Shown here one piece after another: positions 49,161 to 58,861 of a DNA stretch of 64,000 nucleotides. The stretch comes from Acidobacteriota bacterium (lineage in GTDB: Bacteria; Acidobacteriota; UBA6911; RPQK01; JADFOI01), in contig OY760074.1 in assembly GCA_963663035.1 (NCBI GenBank), forward strand, positions 544,001 to 608,000, in the 5' to 3' direction. Position 1 is the first letter of the stretch. Each line of letters starts with the position of its first letter. The translations under genes and the position numbers were made by a program. The notes below the pieces were generated by a model, which worked only from the letters and a program-made list of their open reading frames with translations, was not told the DNA's origin and made no database searches.

Positions 49161-50123
49161 TCACAGATGAATTTCCACCAGATCCCCATCTTCCAGGAGA
49201 TAACTTCGCTCCACCATTTGACCGTCGAAGCTTGCCTTGCCCCAGACTCGAGCGAACTTGAAGTTCCTGGCCACGTCTTTGTGCACGGCAGCTGCCACAT
49301 CAGGGAGAGTGCTTCCTCGTTTCAGCACATAAGGAGTAGGATTGTCCTGGGCCTTCTTTCCGGGGGCCTTGGTATAGACGCGGACGATGTCCAGGAAACG
49401 GAACAAACGCTCTGGGATCTTACTGAGATACTCATCGGAAAGGGCAGAGAACGGCTCCGCTCGAAATTTTTCCTGATACAGTTCCTGCCAGACTGAAAAA
49501 TTTTCTTTCCCCTGCTGTCCATCGATTTTGTTCCCGAGCACCATCACGGGAGGGCCTTGTCTGCCGGTGAGAAATATTTCCCGATCCTTGAATACGGTCA
49601 GGACGAACTCGGTCTGCATCAAGAGATTGGGGGCGTTCATGTCGAAAAGCAGCAGTACTGCATCAGCCTGCTTGATCATGGCCAACTGCCACGGCTCCAA
49701 GGTCTCTGGGTCCAGGGGAGGGGTGTCCACAAGCTGAATTTGAATGTCCTCGTAGGTCATCATTCCCGGTAGCGGTCTCTGGGTGGTGTAGGGGTAGTTG
49801 GCCACTTTTGGCTCAGCATGAGTGAGGTTTTCCAGGAGTTGTGATTTGCCACTATTGGGCGGACCGCACAGGACCACTTGTCCTGCCCCTTCTTTTTCGA
49901 CATAGTGAAAGGGTTTTTGAGAAGCTGTCGGTTTCTTCTTTTGCGCTTCTTTTCGTAGACGCGACAGGCGTCGTTTGATGTCCGCCTGCATCTTCTCGGT
50001 TCCCTTATGCTTGGGGATGGTACGAAGCATTTCTTCAAGTGCCTCGACCTTTTGTGGGTAGCTGGAGGCGTTTTTGAAGTTCTGTTCAGCCTGCAGATAT
50101 GCGGCTGTCAAATTGGCCGGCAT
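49161..50123 (-). CDS. OBG/DRG-like GTPase with a C-terminal TGS domain
   Basis: PKHKGTEK, GPPNSGKS, YPYTT, QLVDTP, NKID, VRVYTK, ARVWG, LEDGD.VEIH. Confidence 0.9.
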   Translation of the reverse strand: MPANLTAAYLQAEQNFKNASSYPQKVEALEEMLRTIPKHKGTEKMQADIKRRLSRLRKEAQKKKPTASQKPFHYVEKEGAGQVVLCGPPNSGKSQLLENLTHAEPKVANYPYTTQRPLPGMMTYEDIQIQLVDTPPLDPETLEPWQLAMIKQADAVLLLFDMNAPNLLMQTEFVLTVFKDREIFLTGRQGPPVMVLGNKIDGQQGKENFSVWQELYQEKFRAEPFSALSDEYLSKIPERLFRFLDIVRVYTKAPGKKAQDNPTPYVLKRGSTLPDVAAAVHKDVARNFKFARVWGKASFDGQMVERSYLLEDGDLVEIHL

Positions 50124-50150
50124 GCTTTTATTATAGGAGTATAGGACTGG

Positions 50151-51212
50151 ATGAGAAAACGCGGCGATTCTGATGACCTTTCTCCCTCCTACGATGTTGC
50201 CAATAGAGAACTCTCCAGCAAGATTGATGAGATTCTTGAAGAGCTCAAGCCCTATCCTCATCTTGACTTGATTCGGGAAATTTTCGTCACCGGAGCTAAG
50301 TTGGCTCGAGAGAACTGCGACCGTGGTGATCTCAAAATTTTGAGGAGTTCCGTCAAGGAGTTGCGTTACGCCTTCACAGTCTTCGCTCCTTTTCGGGATG
50401 TCCCAAAGGTGACCATCTTTGGTTCATCCCGCTCTCTGCCTGAGGATCCGGTGTTTCAAACGGCCGTTCAATTCGGCCGAAAGATCGTTGAAGCCGGATA
50501 CATGGTCATCACCGGAGCAGGCGACGGAATTATGGGAGCTGGACACCTGGGAGCAGGAAGAAAAGACAGTTTCGGGCTGAATATCCTGCTTCCCTTCGAG
50601 CAGACTCCCAATAAGACGATTGCCGGTGACCACAAGCTGATCAACTTTCGATATTTCTTCACTCGAAAGCTCTTCTTCGTGAAAGAGTCTAAGGCGGTGG
50701 TTTTCATGCCGGGTGGTCTGGGAACTCAGGATGAAGGTTTCGAAACTCTCACTCTCGTGCAAACTGGAAGGAGTGAGCCAACTCCGATCGTGATGCTGGA
50801 TGCCCCGGGAGGGACTTACTGGAAGGATTGGAATCAACTTTTTCAAAACCAGTTTATTGGCGGCGGTTATGTTTCTCCCGAGGATGAAGCCCTCTATTTC
50901 ATCACCGACGATGTGGAGGAAGCTTGTCAGGAGATTATTCAGTTCTATAGTGTTTATCATTCTTCTCGTTACGTCGATCACGCACGAACACTGGTCTTGC
51001 GGTTGAAGAAATCTTTGTCCGAGGCATCCATCAAGACCTTGAATGAGGAGTTTCAGGATATTGTCGTGGAGGGTTCGATAGAAAGTTGTGGGCCTTTTCC
51101 AGAAGAGGAGGATGAACCAAAGTTGATGGAACTCCCCCGCCTGAGCCTTTCCTTCAATCGCCGTAATTTTGGTCGCTTGAGACAGTTGCTCGACTGCATC
51201 AATGGGGAATGA
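50151..51212 (+). CDS. LOG family (TIGR00730-like) nucleotide-binding protein, long form
   Basis: VTIFGSSR, ITGAGDGIM, LPFEQ, YFFTRK, PGGLGTQDE. Confidence 0.9.
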   Translation: MRKRGDSDDLSPSYDVANRELSSKIDEILEELKPYPHLDLIREIFVTGAKLARENCDRGDLKILRSSVKELRYAFTVFAPFRDVPKVTIFGSSRSLPEDPVFQTAVQFGRKIVEAGYMVITGAGDGIMGAGHLGAGRKDSFGLNILLPFEQTPNKTIAGDHKLINFRYFFTRKLFFVKESKAVVFMPGGLGTQDEGFETLTLVQTGRSEPTPIVMLDAPGGTYWKDWNQLFQNQFIGGGYVSPEDEALYFITDDVEEACQEIIQFYSVYHSSRYVDHARTLVLRLKKSLSEASIKTLNEEFQDIVVEGSIESCGPFPEEEDEPKLMELPRLSLSFNRRNFGRLRQLLDCINGE

Positions 51213-51224
51213 GTGAGCTAGCCC

Positions 51225-53048
51225 TTACTTCCCCAGCTGGGGAAGGAGGGCTCTGGCAGGTGGATATCCAGCCATCGCTGCCCGACGAATCAGATACCTG
51301 GCCTCAGCGATCTTTTTAGCGCGTAGGCGGCTGACGCCCAGGTTGTACAACACTTCGGGGCGTTCATCGCCCAGCTCCACTGCTTTCCCGAAGACATACT
51401 CAGCTTCTGGAAAACGACCCAGGTGAGAATAGGAGAGCCCCAGCTGGTTATAGGCTTCCGAAGTCTTCGACTGAGTCAGGATCAGTTCCCACTGGCTGGC
51501 GGCCTCCTCATACTGAGCGAGGCGATAGAGGCAGGAGGCAAAATTGATTCGTGCCCAGGTGGCTGTCGGGTCACTCTCCAAGCCTACCCGATATTCCTGG
51601 GCCGCCTGGCTGAGCTCACCGAGCTTCTGATGAGAGTAAGCTATTCGTAGCAGGTATTCGGTTTGAACATCCTCTTTCATCAGCTCCTGGAAAGCTTCCA
51701 GAGCGGCTCTCCAGCTCTTCTGAGACAGGAGACTGAGCGCGTGCCGAAATTTGATGTCCCGAATCTGAAGCTCAATCTCAGTATCGTCGGGGCGAAGGGT
51801 CTCGGCCTTGGCCAGGTACTGGAGTGCTTCTTCTCTCTTTCCCTGGGCATTCAGGCAATGGCTGATGAGTTGCAACAGACCTGGATGGAGAGGGTTTTGG
51901 ATCTCGACCAGGCGGAAATACCTGAGAGCTTCTGCCCAGTCCTCCTGAAGCAGCCGCTGATAGGCGGCAATCAGGGTGTAATTGGGTGTTTGAAATCCGG
52001 ACTCTTCCAACAGCTGGAGAGCTGAATCAAGGAGACCCTGCTCTACTCGGATCCAGGCCCCTTTGTCTCTGGCAGAAGCGTGAAAGGGATCTCGCTCGAG
52101 AATCTGCAGATAAAGCTCGAAAGCCCGGCTCTCCTGACCCAACTTCTGATAGAGATCAGCCAGGAGCATCGTTCCTGTCACAAATTCTGGATGCCTCTGG
52201 ACCACTGGCTCTAGAATGTGAATGGCCTCAGTTTTCTGTCCTCTCATGGCAAATTCTATGGCTGTGATGTACTCCTGGAAGGCCCACCGGAGATCCTGTT
52301 CCCGTATGGCCTCTTCCCTTGCCCTTTCTTCCTGCCCGACCTGCGCATAGAGGTCAGACAGCAGGTTGTGATAGAGGGGATTCTCAGGATCCACTTCGCT
52401 GGCCAGCTCCATGTATTCCAGGGCTTGGAAAGGCTGATCCGCCAGCCGACGTCTCTCACTTAACTCAAAGAGCAGCTGAGGGTCCCGTGGTGCCAGTCGA
52501 TAGGCGAATCTTAACTGTTCCTGGGCGCCTTCAGCTTCACCCTGAGTCTCCAGCAACAGGGCATAGAGTCGACGAGTCCTTGGATCCAGCGGGTTGAGCT
52601 CAACAGCTTGGCGTGCATGATCGAGGGCCGCTTGTTCCTGGCCCTGAGCCATCAACGAAAAAGCCAACCGGTGATGTGCTTCCACGTTTTCTGAACTGTG
52701 GCGCAGAGCTTCTCGAAAGAGGGCAATAGCAGCAGAGAAGCGACCTTGTTGCAATTGAGCTTCTCCGGCGCCACGCAGAACTTCAGAGTCTTCAGGCTGC
52801 TCTTCCAGCGCTCTCTGAAGCAGTTCTTCACCTTCAGCAACCCGTCCCGAGCGCACCAGAAGACTTCCCAATTGGAGCAGGAACTCAGGTTGATCGGGAT
52901 ACTGGTCGAGCCCGGCTTCGAGCACCTCAATCGCTTCGGTCCAGCTATGTAGGAGTACAAGTTGGGAAGCTTGCTGGGTATACTCCTCTACACTCTGGCC
53001 AAAAGCAATTCCCAAGCTAATGGTGAGAACCAAGACTCGTGCAAGCAC
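51225..53048 (-). CDS. Exported multi-TPR protein
   Basis: Signal-like N-terminus then many TPR repeats. Start approximate. Confidence 0.85.
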   Translation of the reverse strand: MLARVLVLTISLGIAFGQSVEEYTQQASQLVLLHSWTEAIEVLEAGLDQYPDQPEFLLQLGSLLVRSGRVAEGEELLQRALEEQPEDSEVLRGAGEAQLQQGRFSAAIALFREALRHSSENVEAHHRLAFSLMAQGQEQAALDHARQAVELNPLDPRTRRLYALLLETQGEAEGAQEQLRFAYRLAPRDPQLLFELSERRRLADQPFQALEYMELASEVDPENPLYHNLLSDLYAQVGQEERAREEAIREQDLRWAFQEYITAIEFAMRGQKTEAIHILEPVVQRHPEFVTGTMLLADLYQKLGQESRAFELYLQILERDPFHASARDKGAWIRVEQGLLDSALQLLEESGFQTPNYTLIAAYQRLLQEDWAEALRYFRLVEIQNPLHPGLLQLISHCLNAQGKREEALQYLAKAETLRPDDTEIELQIRDIKFRHALSLLSQKSWRAALEAFQELMKEDVQTEYLLRIAYSHQKLGELSQAAQEYRVGLESDPTATWARINFASCLYRLAQYEEAASQWELILTQSKTSEAYNQLGLSYSHLGRFPEAEYVFGKAVELGDERPEVLYNLGVSRLRAKKIAEARYLIRRAAMAGYPPARALLPQLGK

Positions 53049-53066
53049 AACTCCTTCTAGTTTAAC

Positions 53067-53123
53067 GGAATTCGGGGACAGTCCCAAGAATTCTTCCAGA
53101 GTTCGGGGACTGTCCCCGAATCC
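53067..53123. repeat. Pair of GGGGAC(A/T)GTCCC palindromes
   Basis: ttcggggacagtccc at 53071-85 and ttcggggactgtccccgaa at 53102-20. Confidence 0.8.
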
Positions 53124-53161
53124 CTTGAAACTTTCTGAGGGAAGGGAATACACTCCGCTTG

Positions 53162-53887
53162 ATGCTTGTTTTCTCTCTTGTGCTCTTTTGTTCTCTTCTG
53201 CTGTCCTCCTGTGGCTCCCGTACCGTGGAGAGGAACCCGGTGACAGAACCGGGGTCCAGTCAGCAGCGTGAAGAGATGGTTGAACTCCAGCTGGAAGCTC
53301 GGGGAATTGGTCATGAGCTTGTTTTGGAGGCAATGAGAAGGGTTCCGCGTCATCTGTTCATGCCTCCTCAAGTCCGTCAATATGCCTACATCGATAGCCC
53401 CGTGCCGATTGGTGCAGATCAGACCATTTCCCAGCCCTACATTGTTGCACTGATGACTCAGATCGCTGATCCCAAGCCTCAGGATCGGGCTTTGGAAGTG
53501 GGAACGGGTTCGGGATACCAGGCGGCTGTTTTGAGTGAACTGGTTCAGGAAGTTTACACGATCGAAATCATCCCGGCTTTGGCACAAGGAGCGGAAAAGA
53601 CGCTTGCTGAACTGAGTTACGACAGGGTGGAGGTTCGCCAGGGGGATGGGTATCAGGGTTGGCCCGAGAAAGCGCCTTTTGACATCATTTTAATCACCGC
53701 CGCCCCACCGGAGATCCCTCAACCCCTTATTGACCAGCTGGCTGATGGAGGGAGGCTGGTGGTACCCCTGGGACCAGCCGGGGACATTCAAATTTTGACC
53801 TTGCTGACCAAGGTCGACGGCGAAGTCACGAGGACAGCTATCACGAGTGTTCGCTTTGTCCCCATGACTGGAGAGGCCCAGAGATAG
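53162..53887 (+). CDS. pcm: Protein-L-isoaspartate O-methyltransferase with an N-terminal lipoprotein-like signal
   Basis: VPRHLF, QTISQP, LEVGTGSGYQAA, GWPEKAPFD, VRFVPM. Confidence 0.95.
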   Translation: MLVFSLVLFCSLLLSSCGSRTVERNPVTEPGSSQQREEMVELQLEARGIGHELVLEAMRRVPRHLFMPPQVRQYAYIDSPVPIGADQTISQPYIVALMTQIADPKPQDRALEVGTGSGYQAAVLSELVQEVYTIEIIPALAQGAEKTLAELSYDRVEVRQGDGYQGWPEKAPFDIILITAAPPEIPQPLIDQLADGGRLVVPLGPAGDIQILTLLTKVDGEVTRTAITSVRFVPMTGEAQR

Positions 53888-53906
53888 GCAGGCCTGTCAA
53901 CAGAGA

Positions 53907-54794
53907 TCACCCCGCTTGAGTCAGGGCTTCGATGACGCTCTCCAGGGTTTCCTGATCTTGATAATTGATCATGTGACGGAAAATGATGCCATCAGAACCA
54001 ACGAAAAATAATGTGGGAAACACGTTCACACTTCCAAACGCTTCCCAGGTGGCCTGATCGAGATGGACGTTTTCAAAGTGTAAATCATGCTCTTGAAGAT
54101 AGGCTTCCCGTTGCTCATTGGTAGCATTCACTCCAATGACATGGTCGGCATTGAATCCGATGACCTGGAAATTGGAGGCAGAATATCGACGATCCAAGTC
54201 AGCCAGAGTAGGGGCCATCCTGATACAGGGGGGACAACCAGTAAACCAGAGATAAATCAGGACGTTCTTTCCGGCAGTATCGTTGTTTAGAATCTTCTGG
54301 CCCTGGAAGCTTGTCAGCTCAAAAGCCGGAAGGCGTTCCCCTTCCCACTGGGTGACCTTGACCTCACTCCCGCGGTACTGAATGAATGCCTCAATATTGG
54401 CGAGCTTGAGGGATTGAATTTCCCGGCTGACAGGATCTCTTTCAAACAAGGGAGGGACTTCGGGGTCTGACTCCATCACCAGCAGCAGCAGTTCCACGGC
54501 TGGAGGACTGACACCAAAGCTGGAGGCGATGTGGCGACGAGTCGGTATCTCCCCCATACTCTCGTATTCCGATTTCAGGAGGACTGGGATCTGGAAGAAG
54601 ATCTCGTACAGGCGTCCCAGGAAAGCCTTCTCCTCGGAACTGAAGCTGTCATCATTATAGAGGTCAGAAAAGAAGACCGTCCCTTGATTTTCCAGCATTT
54701 TCCGGGCACTTTCCAGAACTGTCTTCTCGGCCCCGGATTGGGCCAGGAGAGGCGCCAGCCAGAAGAGTATGAGGATGAAAATTGTTCTTCGCAT
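53907..54794 (-). CDS. Exported TlpA-like redoxin with an N-terminal extra domain
   Basis: Signal peptide; WFTGCPPC; cis-Pro FPT. Confidence 0.85.
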   Translation of the reverse strand: MRRTIFILILFWLAPLLAQSGAEKTVLESARKMLENQGTVFFSDLYNDDSFSSEEKAFLGRLYEIFFQIPVLLKSEYESMGEIPTRRHIASSFGVSPPAVELLLLVMESDPEVPPLFERDPVSREIQSLKLANIEAFIQYRGSEVKVTQWEGERLPAFELTSFQGQKILNNDTAGKNVLIYLWFTGCPPCIRMAPTLADLDRRYSASNFQVIGFNADHVIGVNATNEQREAYLQEHDLHFENVHLDQATWEAFGSVNVFPTLFFVGSDGIIFRHMINYQDQETLESVIEALTQAG

Positions 54795-54907
54795 AGGCAA
54801 AGACCTTACTATCTAGCGCTGTCGAAGTCGAGAAATCCAGAAAATTCGTCCCCACCCTTTTTATCTGTATCAGAGTGGACTGCAAATCCGTATGATAGAG
54901 GAAAGAG

Positions 54908-56509
54908 ATGGGAGTCAAAGCAAGAGAGCAGCTCACTAACAAGATAGGTGAGGAGGTGATCGATGACTTGCCGTTGCTGTTGGAAGTGTTGCCTCCCCAT
55001 CTCCGCGAGACACTTGAAAAAGAGCCCGACCTGGACGAACTGGTGGAGGTTGTAGAGGACCTGGGCCGGCAACCCGAGGCTCGCTTTTTCGATAGAGTCG
55101 TCTACCTGAACGATCTGGAAGTGACCCGTCAAGACCTGGATTATGTCACCAGCCGGATAGGATTCTTTACGGGCGATAACCGTGCTGGAATTGAGCGAAC
55201 TCTGCATCGGATCAGTGCCATCCGGAATCGACTCCAGGAGATTATCGGACTGACCTGTCGAGTGGGCCGTGCGGTCACGGGTACGGTGGATATCATACGA
55301 GATGTGATCGAGACCGGAGAAAGCTTGCTGCTTTTGGGGCCGCCCGGCGTGGGCAAGACAACACTTCTTCGAGAGGCAGCCCGCGTTTTGGCGGATGAGC
55401 TGGGTAAGCGAGTCGTGGTGGTCGATACCTCCAATGAAATTGCAGGTGATGGAGATGTTCCTCATCCAGGCATTGGCAGGGCGCGTCGAATGCAGGTTTT
55501 GTCGCCGGAACTGCAGCATCGGGTGATGATTGAGGCAGTAGAGAATCATATGCCCGAGGTGATCCTGATTGACGAGATCGGAACCCGCGAGGAAGCCCTG
55601 GCAGCCAGAACCATTGCCGAGCGCGGAGTCCAGCTGATTGCCACCGCCCATGGTATTACCCTGGATAATCTGATCATGAATCCAACTCTCTCCGATCTCC
55701 TTGGGGGGATCCAGGCCGTGACTCTCTCCGATGAAGAAGCTCGAAGAAGAGGGACGCAAAAGACGGTGCTGGAACGGAAGGCTCCACCAACCTTTGATAA
55801 TCTAGTGGAAATTCAGCGTCGGGATCGTCTGGCGATTTACCATGACGGTGCAGGTGTAGTGGACCAATTCCTGGCTGGAATCCGGCTTCATCCTGAGGTG
55901 CGCATTCGCGGCGTCGATGGAGACGTCCAGATTCAAGAGGTTCCCCAAGAAGTTCCCCAAGACGTTCCCGAAGTCCTGGAGCAGGGAGCCAAGCCTACTG
56001 TTCAAGGAGAGTTTGGTTTTCGAACGAAGGGCGAGATAGTACGCATTTATCCGACAGGAGTCAGCCGGACTCGATTGGAAAAGGCGATCAGAGAATTAGG
56101 TGTGCCGGCACGAGTAGGAGATCAGCCGATTAACGCTGACGTCATCTTAAGTCTCAAAACCCAAAGAAAGCGTCAGCCCAAGAATCTGCAACAAGCTCTC
56201 CATGAGGGTGTTGAGTTCTATATCATCAAGAGCAACACTCTGATCCAGATTAAGAGTTTTCTACGGGATTATTTTCGCGAAGTTCGACAGCCTGAGGATG
56301 ATTTTGCTCCTGATTTTGGATTTGCGATACAGGAAGCGGAAGATGCGGTGATCAGAGTTCAACGCACTGGTGCTTCCTCAGAGCTGTCTGCACAGAGTCC
56401 TTATGTGCGGCGCTTGCAGCATGAGTTGGTCCACGGGCATGGGCTCTATTCTGAAAGCAAGGGTAAGGAGCATCTTCGAAGAGTCGTGGTCTTCCCACGG
56501 GAGCTTTAG
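54908..56509 (+). CDS. SpoIIIAA/Ycf45-like AAA ATPase with a C-terminal R3H domain
   Basis: TLHRIS, GPPGVGKTT, VDTSNEIAGDG, IDEIG, RRLQH. Confidence 0.92.
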   Translation: MGVKAREQLTNKIGEEVIDDLPLLLEVLPPHLRETLEKEPDLDELVEVVEDLGRQPEARFFDRVVYLNDLEVTRQDLDYVTSRIGFFTGDNRAGIERTLHRISAIRNRLQEIIGLTCRVGRAVTGTVDIIRDVIETGESLLLLGPPGVGKTTLLREAARVLADELGKRVVVVDTSNEIAGDGDVPHPGIGRARRMQVLSPELQHRVMIEAVENHMPEVILIDEIGTREEALAARTIAERGVQLIATAHGITLDNLIMNPTLSDLLGGIQAVTLSDEEARRRGTQKTVLERKAPPTFDNLVEIQRRDRLAIYHDGAGVVDQFLAGIRLHPEVRIRGVDGDVQIQEVPQEVPQDVPEVLEQGAKPTVQGEFGFRTKGEIVRIYPTGVSRTRLEKAIRELGVPARVGDQPINADVILSLKTQRKRQPKNLQQALHEGVEFYIIKSNTLIQIKSFLRDYFREVRQPEDDFAPDFGFAIQEAEDAVIRVQRTGASSELSAQSPYVRRLQHELVHGHGLYSESKGKEHLRRVVVFPREL

Positions 56510-56596
56510 CCCGCACTAAGAAGCCCGTGGGCTAAAGCCCACGGCTCTGTTTGAGCCTCGTCAGTTCTGTCAGAGCCGCAGGCTTTAGCCTGCGGG
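56496..56596. repeat. REP-like palindromes with a GGCTTTAGCC core (inverted doublet plus a partial copy)
   Basis: cccgtgggctaaagcccacggctctg at 56524-49; cagagccgcaggctttagcctgcggg at 56571-96. Confidence 0.85.
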
Positions 56597-56619
56597 CCAA
56601 GTTCTTACGAAACCAGTCC

Positions 56620-57882
56620 TTATTCTCCTTCCGAAATCTGGGCGCCAATGGAGCCAAGGCGATCCGCGACCCTTTCATAGCCTCGCTGAATCACCTCAGC
56701 GTGTTCGATGGTGGTGACGCCATCGGCACAGAGACCTGCCACAACCAGGGCCATGCCGGCGCGGATGTCAGGGGACTCCAGATGGGTTCCTCGCAACAGG
56801 GATGGTCCTTTGACCATCACCCTATGGGGATCACACATGGTGATGTCGGCTCCCATTCGAATCAGCTTGTCGATGAAGAACATCCGGGCTTCGTACATCC
56901 AGTCGTGGATCAGGCAGAGCCCCTTGCACTGAGTGGCCAGGACGATGGCCAGACTCACGAGGTCGGTCGGAAAAGAAGGCCAGAGGCCTGCGATTACCTG
57001 GGAAGGATTCTTCAGTTCGATGCCCCTCACCTGTAACACCTTGCTGCCCGTCTCCTCAAATTGAAGACCGAACTCTTCGAAGACATTCAAAAGAGGCAGG
57101 AGCTCTTCCCTTGTGACTCCATTTAGCTGAACCTCCCCTCCAGTAACCGCCGCGGCGATGGCGATAGTTCCGGCATCAATGTAGTCGGCGGGCACCTGGA
57201 AGACCAGCTCCTTTCCCTGCTCAGAGATTCCACGCCGGACACGATACCAAAGAGGGTGCAATTCAATCTCGCAGCCGAGTTTCCGGAGAAAGTCCACTAG
57301 AATCAGAACATGTGGTTCACGTGCGGGATTCTGGATGATCCCCTGGCCCAACCCGGAAAACAGTATGAGTGCATTCTCTGTTGCCGTGACTGAGCTCTCC
57401 TTGAGATACACTTGTGGCACTTCCACAGTACGGCTTTTCTCCACTTCGATTCCCTGAGGATTCTCCTTTACTGAGAAGCCGGCAGAGCGGAAAACGTCCC
57501 AGTGCACCTCAAAGGACCGTCTGCCGATGTGGCATCCACCCGGGACCGGACAGGAGACGGAATCCAGCAAAGGCGCCAGTGATCCAAGCAAAAGAATTGC
57601 CCCGCGCAGCTGTTTCACAAGGGGGGCCGGCAGGTCTCCACTTTGTAGTTTCCTGGAATCCAGAGACAGGGTCCCATCCTTCCACTGATAGCTTACATCC
57701 AGTGACTCGACTACCTGCAGGAGGTTGTTCACATCCGCAATCCGAGGGACGTTCTGGAAGTGAATGATGGACTTCGATAGTAGAGCTGCCGAAATGAGGG
57801 GAAGAGCAGCGTTCTTGTTTCCCTGTACCTGATATTGACCCGAGAGTTTATGGCGTCCAGAGATTATAAACCTCTTACTCAT
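56620..57882 (-). CDS. murA: UDP-N-acetylglucosamine 1-carboxyvinyltransferase
   Basis: GNKNAALP, PGGCHIGRR, SVTATEN, FPTD, DIRAG, IQRGYE. Confidence 0.96.
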   Translation of the reverse strand: MSKRFIISGRHKLSGQYQVQGNKNAALPLISAALLSKSIIHFQNVPRIADVNNLLQVVESLDVSYQWKDGTLSLDSRKLQSGDLPAPLVKQLRGAILLLGSLAPLLDSVSCPVPGGCHIGRRSFEVHWDVFRSAGFSVKENPQGIEVEKSRTVEVPQVYLKESSVTATENALILFSGLGQGIIQNPAREPHVLILVDFLRKLGCEIELHPLWYRVRRGISEQGKELVFQVPADYIDAGTIAIAAAVTGGEVQLNGVTREELLPLLNVFEEFGLQFEETGSKVLQVRGIELKNPSQVIAGLWPSFPTDLVSLAIVLATQCKGLCLIHDWMYEARMFFIDKLIRMGADITMCDPHRVMVKGPSLLRGTHLESPDIRAGMALVVAGLCADGVTTIEHAEVIQRGYERVADRLGSIGAQISEGE

Positions 57883-58861
57883 CAATTTCCCTCAGGTTCT
57901 GCAGATTCGGCCAGTCTTCATGATCAACGACGAAAACCTCAGACTCCAGGCGGATCCTGAAACGCTCCCACACGCGTCCGGCGTACTCGTTTGCCAGTGT
58001 CAAGATGTCTTGGCTGGTGGCCTGGCCCAGGTTCAGAATGAGATTCCCATGATAGTCTGCAAACTGAGCATCCCCACGCTGGACTCCTTTTGCTCCCACG
58101 GCTTCCAGGAGCTTTCCCGCCGGTATCTTGCCAAACATGATGAAATCCTCTGGAATCTCCTCCAGGGCCGTTTTGGAAATCTCATCTAAGGAAATATTTT
58201 TAAAGAAACTTCCCGCGCACTTCAATCCCGCCGGGTACTTCAGCAGACGCCTCGACAGAATCTCCTCGGAAATCCCCTGGAGGGGCTCAGTGCTCTTGTT
58301 CAGACGCAATCTGCAGCTCAAAATAAACCAGTCTCGTCGCCTTTGAAGCAGGCTCGAGCGGTAGCGAAACTCCAAATCGAGGGCCGCGATCACTTGTTCC
58401 TGATTCTTTGACCAGATGCTCATTTCCACCACTGAATCACCGATCTGCTGGCCGTAGGCACCCGCGTTTCCCACCAAAGCTCCTGCAACTGTTCCGGGGA
58501 TTCCGTAGAGGCGTTCCATGCCAGACAGACTGAGCTGATTGAACCGGCGAATGGCTTCCTCCAGATTCTCGCCGCCGCCGATTTCTACTTCATCTCCATA
58601 GTGCTCCATTCCTGTGATGCGATTCTGCAGTACAAGGCCGGGAAAACCCTCATCGGAGAAAAGCACATTGCTGCCTTCGCCGAGATAAAAGATGGGGAGT
58701 CCCTGCTTGTCTGCCCAGCTTTGGGCTTCCTTCAACTGCTGAAGGTCGTGCACTTGTGCGAACCAGGACGCTTTCCCGCCGACTCTGAGTGTGCTCAGCT
58801 TGGCCAGTAATACGTCCCGACGGAGTGCCAGGGAGGAGGGGACGGGTGCCGAGTTGCTCAT
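57875..58861 (-). CDS. murB: UDP-N-acetylenolpyruvoylglucosamine reductase
   Basis: GEGSNVL, IPGTVAGA..GNAGAYG, FRYRSS, AGSFFKN, LESEV. Confidence 0.96.
   Translation of the reverse strand: MSNSAPVPSSLALRRDVLLAKLSTLRVGGKASWFAQVHDLQQLKEAQSWADKQGLPIFYLGEGSNVLFSDEGFPGLVLQNRITGMEHYGDEVEIGGGENLEEAIRRFNQLSLSGMERLYGIPGTVAGALVGNAGAYGQQIGDSVVEMSIWSKNQEQVIAALDLEFRYRSSLLQRRRDWFILSCRLRLNKSTEPLQGISEEILSRRLLKYPAGLKCAGSFFKNISLDEISKTALEEIPEDFIMFGKIPAGKLLEAVGAKGVQRGDAQFADYHGNLILNLGQATSQDILTLANEYAGRVWERFRIRLESEVFVVDHEDWPNLQNLREIDE

Noticed and set aside
53049-53333. Long N-terminal extension of the TPR protein
   Set aside because: Overlaps pcm on the opposite strand and crosses the palindromes
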